Assembly: GCA_026387835.1 (NCBI GenBank)
Contig: JAPLKZ010000007.1
Span: 124,187-156,186, forward strand
DNA: 32,000 bases
Direction of reading: 5' to 3'
DNA from: Candidatus Saganbacteria bacterium
GTDB taxonomy: Bacteria > Margulisbacteria > WOR-1 > JAKLHX01
Below, in pieces: positions 24,622 to 32,000 of this stretch. Made by a program: the position numbers and the translations under genes. Position 1 is the stretch's first letter; every line of letters begins with the position of its first letter. A model generated the notes under the pieces. The model was not told the origin of the DNA. It saw only the letters and a list, made by a program, of their open reading frames with translations, and made no database searches.

Positions 24622-25818
24622 TTACCTGTGAAGCACTTCCTCCATTGCAACTATGACATCAACAGGTCCGGGCCCGATGACTTTATTGCCGTCAATTCTT
24701 GCAACTAGAGACTTATCCTGCCCGGTCGTCCTGACCCAGACTAATTTTTGGAGCCAATCGTGCGCGATCGTGACCTTCGGAGTGCCAACGGTAGAGGCAA
24801 GGTGCGATGGCCCTGTATCGATGGACAAGAAGCTCCTGCACATCCTGATCACTTCCGCTTCTTCAAGCACATCCCCGAAGAACAGCCCGAATGGCTTGTT
24901 GCCTTTGATAGCCCTGTGCCTGTCTGACAGCTCCGCAAGGAATTTCTCGTGTATCTCTTTGTTACTGAGCGCGGCAAGATGCGAATATCTTTGGTTGTCG
25001 TCCATCATGTTTTCCGGAATATGGCCGAAAAGAGAACCGCATATAAAAAGGATATTGTAGTTCTTTTTAAGGAAATGATCGGCGACCTCATGGAAGGAGC
25101 TTGCCGGCCATACCTGATCGAATACTTTGTAAGATCCCGCGGTCAGGTGGAGCCCGATGGTCCTTTCAGGAAGGAATTTTGTCAGTGCGAAAATACCGGC
25201 GGCGGCATCTTTTTCTTTTTGCGTGGTCCATATCATGGGACGAATATCCGAAGTGTCATATCCGGTTTTGCCGTCAAGTCTCTCGGCCAGCTTGACGACC
25301 TCCATATTCTTCAAAATAAAAGGGAGTCCTGCAGCCTCTATTGTTTCGTCAAATAAAGCGCCACCCCTGTCCGTGGTAAAGCTGCTTTCCTCATCATTAG
25401 AATGGTGTTCCAGGCATCTCGCATGATTGCCGAAGTTTATCCTGAAACTATCCAGCGGTGAGGAGCTGTCAAGAGCTTGGTAGGAAACAACAAGAGCTTC
25501 GGTATCGTCCCCGAACGGGATCCCGAGGACATTTTTTCCGCCATTTTCAGTCTTTTTCCTCAAAGCATCGAGTTTTTCAAGGTTGTCGGCTATAGTGATC
25601 CCATCGCGTCTTGCCCGATCAAACCTGTACCTCATCAGGCTGGAACACTCCGCGCTCGGGATTATCGCAAGCCTTCTTCCAAAGACTTTCATAAGCCTGT
25701 CAATGGACGGCGAAAGGTCGACATTAGAGCCGAGCCTCTCAACGCCGCTAAGGCTGGCAACAGCCCATTTAAATCTGCCCGTAGATGTGATGCTGGCTGG
25801 CAATATAATACCTCTCAA
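24622..25818 (-). CDS. Glycosyltransferase family 9-like (heptosyltransferase-like) protein
   Basis: GLHLTAGSYKVFDQVWPASSFHEVADHFLKK, MCRSFLSIDTGPSHLASTVGTPKVTIA. Confidence 0.65.
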   Translation of the reverse strand: MRGIILPASITSTGRFKWAVASLSGVERLGSNVDLSPSIDRLMKVFGRRLAIIPSAECSSLMRYRFDRARRDGITIADNLEKLDALRKKTENGGKNVLGIPFGDDTEALVVSYQALDSSSPLDSFRINFGNHARCLEHHSNDEESSFTTDRGGALFDETIEAAGLPFILKNMEVVKLAERLDGKTGYDTSDIRPMIWTTQKEKDAAAGIFALTKFLPERTIGLHLTAGSYKVFDQVWPASSFHEVADHFLKKNYNILFICGSLFGHIPENMMDDNQRYSHLAALSNKEIHEKFLAELSDRHRAIKGNKPFGLFFGDVLEEAEVIRMCRSFLSIDTGPSHLASTVGTPKVTIAHDWLQKLVWVRTTGQDKSLVARIDGNKVIGPGPVDVIVAMEEVLHR

Positions 25819-25918
25819 TATATACCTCGATAAAATTGAGGCGGAATTTCAGGGTAAATAGTTGACAAAGTGCGATGCGGCCTGATAAGATGAGTAATGA
25901 ACAGGTGTTCATAACAAA

Positions 25919-26212
25919 ATGAGGCCAAAAAAGACAAGGCATATTAAATGCGATAAAGACTTCCGCTTCTTTAAGCCGCAGTGCAAAACAAGGAAAGAAG
26001 TCAGAGAGATAATTATAACGCTGGATGAGTTCGAGGCAATAAGGCTTTATGACTTTGAAGGCCTTGAACAGGAGAGGGCGGCCAAAAGGATGAAAATATC
26101 AAGGCCGACGTTCTCAAGGATATTATCATCGGCAAGGAAAAAGATCGCTCGCGGGCTGGTAAAACTGGAAGCGTTAAAGATAGAGGGAGGATGCTGCAGC
26201 TTCGGAAAATGA
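25919..26212 (+). CDS. DUF134 family predicted DNA-binding protein
   Basis: MRPKKTRHI...FFKP...ITLDEFEAIRLYDFEGLEQERAAKRMKISRPTFSRILSSARKKIARGLVKLEALKIEGG. Confidence 0.9.
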   Translation: MRPKKTRHIKCDKDFRFFKPQCKTRKEVREIIITLDEFEAIRLYDFEGLEQERAAKRMKISRPTFSRILSSARKKIARGLVKLEALKIEGGCCSFGK

Positions 26213-26238
26213 CTAATAACTAATGACTAATGGCCAAT
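26211..26238. repeat. 7-bp-period tandem repeat GACTAAT/AACTAAT/GACTAAT/GGCCAAT
   Basis: Read directly; overlaps the DUF134 stop codon. Confidence 0.65.
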
Positions 26239-26269
26239 TAAAAAGGAGAGACAATAATGAGAGGCAATA

Positions 26270-27301
26270 ATGACAGTTAAAAAGTTGTCGTTCATAGACA
26301 GGTATCTGACTTTGTGGATATTTGCTGTAATGGCTGCCGGGGTCGGGATAGGTTTCTTATTCCCGCAGATAGTCGGGTTCTGGAACAGGTTCCAGTCCGG
26401 GACAACAAATATTCCTATAGCGATAGGCCTTATTCTTATGATGTATCCTCCGCTCGCCAAAGTTAAATATGAGGAACTGAAAGACGTCTTTACGGATGTC
26501 AAAGTGCTTATTTTGTCTTTGGTGCAAAACTGGCTGATAGGACCGGTGCTCATGTTCGCGCTTGCTCTGCTATTCCTCCGCGACAGGCCGGAATACATGG
26601 TAGGCCTTATTTTGATCGGGCTTGCCCGCTGTATCGCGATGGTCATTGTCTGGAACGAGCTTGCGGATGGCGACAGCGAATATGCCGCCGGGCTTATTGC
26701 TTTCAACAGCATCTTTCAGGTGTTGTTTTACAGCGTCTACGCCTGGATCTTTATTACATACTTGCCGGGATTGTTCGGATTAAAAGGCGCGATCGTGAAT
26801 ATTTCTATTATTAATGTGGCAAAAAGTGTTTTTATTTATCTTGGCATTCCGTTCCTCGCAGGTATCATTACCAGATTTTCACTTATCAAGTCTAAAGGAA
26901 AGGCCTGGTACGAGGACAGATTCATCCCTATGATCAGCCCGATAACGCTGATCGCTCTGCTGTTTACAATATTTGTCATGTTCAGCTTAAAAGGAGAGCT
27001 CATTGTACAAATACCTTATGATGTCTTTAGGATAGCAATACCGCTTCTCATATACTTTATTGCGATGTTTTTTATCAGCTGGTCCTTGAGCAAAGGATTC
27101 GGCGCAAATTATAAAAAATCTACAACGCTTTCATTCACGGCCGCAAGCAACAATTTTGAGCTTGCAATTGCCGTGGCAGTCGCAGTATTCGGGATCAATT
27201 CCGGTCCTGCCTTTACTGCTGTTATCGGTCCGCTTGTGGAAGTCCCGGTAATGATAGCGCTGGTAGGTGTGGCTTTGCGGCTGAGGGGAGGGTTCAAATG
27301 A
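26270..27301 (+). CDS. acr3: Arsenite efflux transporter Acr3 family
   Basis: [85 protein letters not shown]. Confidence 0.93.
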   Translation: MTVKKLSFIDRYLTLWIFAVMAAGVGIGFLFPQIVGFWNRFQSGTTNIPIAIGLILMMYPPLAKVKYEELKDVFTDVKVLILSLVQNWLIGPVLMFALALLFLRDRPEYMVGLILIGLARCIAMVIVWNELADGDSEYAAGLIAFNSIFQVLFYSVYAWIFITYLPGLFGLKGAIVNISIINVAKSVFIYLGIPFLAGIITRFSLIKSKGKAWYEDRFIPMISPITLIALLFTIFVMFSLKGELIVQIPYDVFRIAIPLLIYFIAMFFISWSLSKGFGANYKKSTTLSFTAASNNFELAIAVAVAVFGINSGPAFTAVIGPLVEVPVMIALVGVALRLRGGFK

Positions 27302-28080
27302 AAAGAAAAGATAAAACTATAAAGAAAGCCGTGAAAGAAAAATATGGCAGCATAGCGGTTGGAAAACAAAAAGGATGTTGTTCAGGCTCATCCTGTTGCG
27401 GAAGCGGTCCGGCGGCTGTTATCAGTAAAAATATCGGTTACAGCGGGCAGGAGATGGGAGCAGTTCCTGAAGGATCAAATCTGGGTCTGGGCTGCGGTAA
27501 TCCTGTGGCAATAGCATCATTAAAAGAAGGGGAGACCGTCCTTGACCTGGGCAGCGGCGCGGGATTTGACGCATTTCTTGCGTCATCTAAAGTAGGCAAA
27601 AGCGGAAAAGTGATAGGAGTGGACATGACTCCCGAAATGGTTAAAAAAGCGAAACAGAACGCCCTCAATGGCGGCTATAAGAATGTTGAGTTCAGGCTCG
27701 GAGAGATAGAGAAGCTTCCAGTAGATAACGCGTCTGTCGATGTGATCATTTCTAATTGTGTTATAAACCTTTCTCAGGAAAAGGAAAAAGTATTTAAAGA
27801 AGCTTTCAGGGTCCTGAAACCGGGCGGCAGGCTGATGATATCGGATCTAGTTCTATTAAAAGATTTGCCTAAGATTGTTATGAAATCGATTGAAGCTTAT
27901 ACCGGTTGTATCGCTGGAGCTGTGCTAAAAGAAGAATATTTGGGCCATATTAAAAAAGCGGGATTTCATGACATTAAGGTAATAAGTGAAGATATCTATC
28001 CGATAGAGGAAAAAGGTATTTTGCCGGATTCTGTTGCAAGTATCAAAGTCGGAGCTCAGAAGCCGCTAGCGGCGAAATAA
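27298..28080 (+). CDS. arsM: Arsenite S-adenosylmethionine methyltransferase ArsM
   Basis: [85 protein letters not shown]. Confidence 0.93.
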   Translation: MKRKDKTIKKAVKEKYGSIAVGKQKGCCSGSSCCGSGPAAVISKNIGYSGQEMGAVPEGSNLGLGCGNPVAIASLKEGETVLDLGSGAGFDAFLASSKVGKSGKVIGVDMTPEMVKKAKQNALNGGYKNVEFRLGEIEKLPVDNASVDVIISNCVINLSQEKEKVFKEAFRVLKPGGRLMISDLVLLKDLPKIVMKSIEAYTGCIAGAVLKEEYLGHIKKAGFHDIKVISEDIYPIEEKGILPDSVASIKVGAQKPLAAK

Positions 28081-28098
28081 TGAAAGGGGTGAATTGAT

Positions 28099-29049
28099 AT
28101 GTTCAAATGGTTTGCCGATCTTATTACATATGATGTATTGAGGCTGACAAAAGAGACGCATCTCGCGGACAGTATGAATTTCTTTTTCTACGATGTTCCG
28201 AAAATATATTTCATGCTCATCTGCGTGATATTCTTTGTCGCGTTCCTGAGGACATATCTACCTCCCGAGAGGATAAGAAAAATCGTTGCTGGTAAATCTG
28301 AAGTTATCGGGAATATTCTCGTTTCATTTTTTGGGATATTTATGCCGTTCTGCACTTGTTCTGCAATTCCTTTGTTCATGGGAATGCTCCAGTCAGGCAT
28401 TCCTCTCGGTGTCACGATGTCGTTTTTGATAGCTTCGCCGATGATAAACGAGATAGCCGTTGTGATGCTATGGGGGCTTTTCGGCTGGCAGGTGTCGCTG
28501 ATCTATATCCTGAGCGGGATGACGATCGCAACTCTGGCCGGATATCTGATCGGAAGGATGAAAATGGAGCGATTTGTATCTGAGAACATCTCCAGTTCAA
28601 AATTCAACAATGCCGATATGCCGGGCAGCAGTCCTATAAAGGAAAGAATAATATATTCTTTCAATTACTCGATCGACGTGTTCAAGTATGTATGGATATA
28701 TGTAATGGTTGGAATAGGGATAGGCGCTTTGATCCACGGATATGTGCCCGGAGACCTTCTTACACAATATGCTGGGCGCAGTAATCCTTTTGCCGTGATC
28801 ATAGCGACGATCATAGGGGTTCCTATTTATGCGAACTGCGCGGGAGCTATACCTGTAGCTCAGGCCCTGATGTTAAAAGGCCTTCCGCTGGGGACTTCGC
28901 TTGCTTTTCTTATGGCGGTCACCGGATTATCACTTCCGGAGTTCCTGATACTGAGATCAGTTATAAAGCCAAGGCTCCTTTATACGTTTTTTGGGATAGT
29001 CGCTCTGGGAATAATCCTGACAGGATACTTATTCAATTTCATATTTTAG
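28099..29049 (+). CDS. Permease, DUF318/ArsP-like family
   Basis: FGIFMPFCTCSAIPLFMGMLQSGIPLGVTMSFLIASPMINEIAV; VPIYANCAGAIPVAQALMLKGLPLGTSLAFLMAVTGLSLPE. Confidence 0.85.
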   Translation: MFKWFADLITYDVLRLTKETHLADSMNFFFYDVPKIYFMLICVIFFVAFLRTYLPPERIRKIVAGKSEVIGNILVSFFGIFMPFCTCSAIPLFMGMLQSGIPLGVTMSFLIASPMINEIAVVMLWGLFGWQVSLIYILSGMTIATLAGYLIGRMKMERFVSENISSSKFNNADMPGSSPIKERIIYSFNYSIDVFKYVWIYVMVGIGIGALIHGYVPGDLLTQYAGRSNPFAVIIATIIGVPIYANCAGAIPVAQALMLKGLPLGTSLAFLMAVTGLSLPEFLILRSVIKPRLLYTFFGIVALGIILTGYLFNFIF

Positions 29050-29103
29050 AATAGAGCAGAAGAAGAGATCCGGTTTAGCAATGAAGGGAAAAGGTGTAAA
29101 TTA

Positions 29104-29511
29104 ATGCGAAACAAGACCCGTTTTATATTGGTGTCCGGAGTATTTATTTTATTATTAATTATGAGTTCTATCCCTGCTGAGAGCGCTAAAAAAGCGGTCA
29201 AACCCAAAAACAATATAAAGATCACCTTCCTCGAGATCGGATCTGTAAATTGCATACCATGCAAAATGATGCAGCCGGTCATGAAAGAGATCGAGGAAAA
29301 ATATAAAGGTGAAGTGATCGTTATCTTTTACGATATTAAGAAACCCATGGGTTCTTATGCCGCAGAAAAGTACGGGGTAAATATGATCCCGACCCAGGTA
29401 TTCATGGATAATAAGGGCAAAGAGTTCTTCCGTCACACAGGATTTTATCCGGCGAGTGAAATCGCGAAAATAATAGACAAGAAATTAGGTCAAAATGCTG
29501 GAAATATTTAA
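29104..29511 (+). CDS. Exported thioredoxin-fold protein
   Basis: ITFLEIGSVNCIPCKMMQPVMKEIEEKYKGEVIVIFYDI (CIPC active site). Confidence 0.88.
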   Translation: MRNKTRFILVSGVFILLLIMSSIPAESAKKAVKPKNNIKITFLEIGSVNCIPCKMMQPVMKEIEEKYKGEVIVIFYDIKKPMGSYAAEKYGVNMIPTQVFMDNKGKEFFRHTGFYPASEIAKIIDKKLGQNAGNI

Positions 29512-30190
29512 TTTTCTGTCCTCAGCTCTTTATTCAACTCCATATATCGCGGTAGCCTCCGCATTCGTCTGGGGGATAATGAGTATAATCTTAAGCCCGT
29601 GCCATCTTTCAAGCATCCCTTTGATAATCGGTTTTATCAGCGATCAGGAGAAAATGACGACAAGAAAGGCATTCACTTTAGCGCTGGTTTTCTCGCTAGG
29701 GATACTGATAACGATTGCGCTAATAGGACTGATCACCGGTCTAATGGGAAGGATGCTTGGAAATATCGGAAACATTGGGAGTTATTTTGTTGCTGCTGTC
29801 TTGATCATAATAGGCCTGCATTTGACAGGAATAATCTCTTTGCCATTCTTTAGCAGGTTCGACCGGTCACGGGCCGGAAATAAAAAGGGATTGTTTGCTG
29901 CTTTCATGCTCGGCCTGATATTTGGAATAGCCATGGGGCCGTGTACTTTTGCCTATCTTGCACCGATGCTGGCAATAGTATTCAACCTTTCCTCAAAAGA
30001 GCTGTGGTACGGGATGCTGCTTCTTTTAGCTTACGGGATCGGACATTGCAGCGTTATTGTTTTTGCCGGGACATCTACAGAGAGTGTCCAAAAATACCTG
30101 AACTGGAACGAGCGCTCCAACGGAACTGTGTGGATAAAAAAGATATGCGGGATATTGCTGATGATCGGAGGGATATATTTGATCTTTTAG
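29495..30190 (+). CDS. ccdA: Cytochrome c biogenesis CcdA/DsbD-like thiol transporter
   Basis: FVWGIMSIILSPCHLSSIPLIIGF, FGIAMGPCTFAYLAPML; multi-TM, overlaps the thioredoxin ORF. Confidence 0.88.
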   Translation: MLEIFNFLSSALYSTPYIAVASAFVWGIMSIILSPCHLSSIPLIIGFISDQEKMTTRKAFTLALVFSLGILITIALIGLITGLMGRMLGNIGNIGSYFVAAVLIIIGLHLTGIISLPFFSRFDRSRAGNKKGLFAAFMLGLIFGIAMGPCTFAYLAPMLAIVFNLSSKELWYGMLLLLAYGIGHCSVIVFAGTSTESVQKYLNWNERSNGTVWIKKICGILLMIGGIYLIF

Positions 30191-30245
30191 TCCGCATTTT
30201 GTCTTCTTCATTGACATTTTACTGCCTCTGTGCAAAAATATTCGT

Positions 30246-30461
30246 ATGAAATCACTGCTTCTTGCAGTTCAGATAATCTCCGCTCTCGGACTCATCATCA
30301 CAGTCCTTCTTCACAGTGCGAAAGGGGAAGGGCTCGGGGGCATTGGCGGAACTGCCCACGTGTTCGGCTCTCAAAAAGGGCTTGAGGAAGGGCTTGACCG
30401 CCTTACCGCGGGGCTTGCCGTCACATTCATACTTGTATCATTGATAATAAATTTCATTTGA
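30246..30461 (+). CDS. secG: Preprotein translocase subunit SecG
   Basis: LLLAVQIISALGLIITVLLHSAKGEGLGG...GSQKGLEEGLDRLTAGLAVTF. Confidence 0.88.
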   Translation: MKSLLLAVQIISALGLIITVLLHSAKGEGLGGIGGTAHVFGSQKGLEEGLDRLTAGLAVTFILVSLIINFI

Positions 30462-30486
30462 ATAAAATAAAAGGAGGTTTCCTGTC

Positions 30487-31149
30487 ATGATCACGATATC
30501 CGATGTCCTGAGGTTGTTTGCCACTCCGCTCGGTGTCCATATTCAGAAGCTCCTGCTCGGGATCGTACTTTTGATAATAGCGGTCCTGATAGCAAAGCTC
30601 GTGCAATCCGTCTGCTGCTATATTTTTAATTTGGTAAAGATCGATGCTCTTTCCGGCACGATCGGTCTGAAGGGCCTTCTTAAAAAGACCGGCATCAATA
30701 ATTCATTCACCTCGCTGTTGGGCGATATGATCTTCTGGCTGGTAGTGCTCGCAAGCGGGATCGCCATAATCTACGCCCTGAATTATATTACAGCCCTGAA
30801 AATATTAAGGGTCATATTGAACTATCTGAGCGGTAATGTGATCAATGCCTTATTTGTGCTTATACTTACAGTGGTCCTCGGCTCTCTGCTTTCGGGCGTG
30901 ATCCTGTTCCTCGGAGGCCTGATATTCCTGCCGGGATACAGGCTGATAGCAAAATTAGCTCAATATGTGACCGTGATCTACGGTATAGTCATGGGACTCG
31001 ATATGCTCGGCATTTCGGCCCAGGTCATTGCGAGGCCGGATATAATCCTCGGTTTCTTCGCTCTGGCGGGCGCGATAGCTTTCGGGCTCGGCTGCAAAGA
31101 CCTTGCGGCGAGCTGGCTTGCTAATTTTATCAGGGATACAAGGGAATAA
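30487..31149 (+). CDS. Mechanosensitive-channel-like conserved TM helix protein
   Basis: Multi-TM with repeated glycine-rich helices: GVHIQKLLLGIVLLIIAVLIAKLVQ... FGLGCKDLAASWLANF. Confidence 0.7.
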   Translation: MITISDVLRLFATPLGVHIQKLLLGIVLLIIAVLIAKLVQSVCCYIFNLVKIDALSGTIGLKGLLKKTGINNSFTSLLGDMIFWLVVLASGIAIIYALNYITALKILRVILNYLSGNVINALFVLILTVVLGSLLSGVILFLGGLIFLPGYRLIAKLAQYVTVIYGIVMGLDMLGISAQVIARPDIILGFFALAGAIAFGLGCKDLAASWLANFIRDTRE

Positions 31150-31166
31150 AATAGTATAGAAGGGGG

Positions 31167-31646
31167 GTGAAAGAATTGAAAAAATTAATAGGATTGTCAG
31201 TTGTATTAATACTAATGTTATCAGCCATTTCGTTCGCTGATGGAACGACCCCGGCAAAGACAGGTGATTCGGGAAAATTAGGTGTTGGGTTTTACGGTGG
31301 TACACCGACATTGAGGTATAATTTCTCAAATGACGCCCGCGGTCAGTTGGGAGTTGGATTTGCTTCTGCAGCCGGAACCAGTGTTTTTACGTTGTTGCTT
31401 GCCGGAGACGTTGATGTCACGAAAATATCCGGTAACGAGGTAAATATTGGCGGAATATTTAACCTTACCTCGGCAACAGGCGGATCAACATGGACGGCAG
31501 CTTTCACCTGCGGAGTGGACACAAAAATAAACCAATCTTTAGTACTTGAACTTAAGGTCTGGCCTGTAAGTGTCACATCATTAGCTAATACTACGACTTT
31601 CAGCATTTTTAACACTGCTACTATTGGAGCGCATCTGTATCTGTAA
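31167..31646 (+). CDS. Exported hypothetical protein, possibly small beta-barrel
   Basis: Signal-like N-terminus, alternating-residue pattern and aromatic/hydrophobic end 'ATIGAHLYL'. True start may be TTG at 31176. Confidence 0.6.
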   Translation: MKELKKLIGLSVVLILMLSAISFADGTTPAKTGDSGKLGVGFYGGTPTLRYNFSNDARGQLGVGFASAAGTSVFTLLLAGDVDVTKISGNEVNIGGIFNLTSATGGSTWTAAFTCGVDTKINQSLVLELKVWPVSVTSLANTTTFSIFNTATIGAHLYL

Positions 31647-31672
31647 TCCAATTTCTTGTTTTATAGCATAAT

Positions 31673-31703
31673 GGTCTTTCGTGTTTTAGGAATACGAAAG
31701 GCC
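31673..31703 (+). terminator. Hairpin terminator candidate
   Basis: GGTCTTTCGT-gttttaggaat-ACGAAAGGCC downstream of the preceding ORF. Confidence 0.55.
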
Positions 31704-31740
31704 TTATGTTAAATATTCTTTGCTGCAATGTAAAATATTC

Positions 31741-31768
31741 TTGACAAAGGTGTAACATCTGTTATAAT
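31741..31768 (+). promoter_or_regulatory. Consensus sigma70-type promoter
   Basis: TTGACA, 16 bp, TATAAT, upstream of the ORF starting at 31798. Confidence 0.75.
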
Positions 31769-31797
31769 TTCAAATCAAAGAGAGGGGAGGTGAGAAA

Positions 31798-32000
31798 ATG
31801 AAGAAATTATTATTAGCATTGACTATTATGATTGTCATCGCATCCGTTGCAGGCGCCCAAGTGCTTCTAACGGCAAACCCTATGGGCCAAGGCAAAATGG
31901 GTTGGTTGGGAGCTGCCGAATATGACATGAACTCGCTTGCAAACGATAATCTGTATGGAGTTGGTGGATTTCTCGGATACGGTATAACTAACACCCTTGA
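31798..32000 (+). CDS. Exported hypothetical protein, N-terminal part (truncated by window edge)
   Basis: ATG after gggaggtgag; MKKLLLALTIMIVIASVAGAQVLLTANPMGQGKMGWLGAAEYDMNSLANDNLYGVGGFLGYGITNTL. Confidence 0.65.
   Translation, partial: MKKLLLALTIMIVIASVAGAQVLLTANPMGQGKMGWLGAAEYDMNSLANDNLYGVGGFLGYGITNTL

Overview
32 kb bacterial chromosomal window. Backbone genes: the C-terminal end of a MutS-like CDS, a nucleotide-sugar dehydrogenase, a complete phosphate regulon (phoB-phoR, porin, pstSCAB, phoU), an MFS transporter, a PPi-type phosphofructokinase, a GT9-like protein, and a DUF134 / Acr3 / ArsM / permease / thioredoxin / CcdA group followed by secG and an MscS-like protein. Two tRNA genes, Ile(GAT) and Ala(TGC), each carry serine-recombinase sequence directly at the 3' end. 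The Ile copy is full length and the Ala copy is truncated. Accessory regions hold a GC-rich SLOG/DprA-like gene with several strong inverted repeats upstream, a RelE-like toxin-antitoxin pair, an HTH-nucleotidyltransferase/HEPN pair, one intact patatin gene plus fragments of another, and ORF6N, AlbA_2, pRiA4b-ORF3-like and BRO-N genes. Main findings: (1) recombinase ORFs that read through into antisense tRNA, giving target-dependent C-termini; (2) the GC-rich SLOG gene with a possible structured leader, driven by a promoter-like segment copied in inverted orientation from tRNA-Ala; (3) palindromic repeats inserted in frame in protein genes; (4) 7-bp-period repeat arrays around the accessory block; (5) Pho-box-like 11-bp-phased hexamers and a probably leaderless phoB. 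All family calls come from reading motifs by eye; no database search was run.
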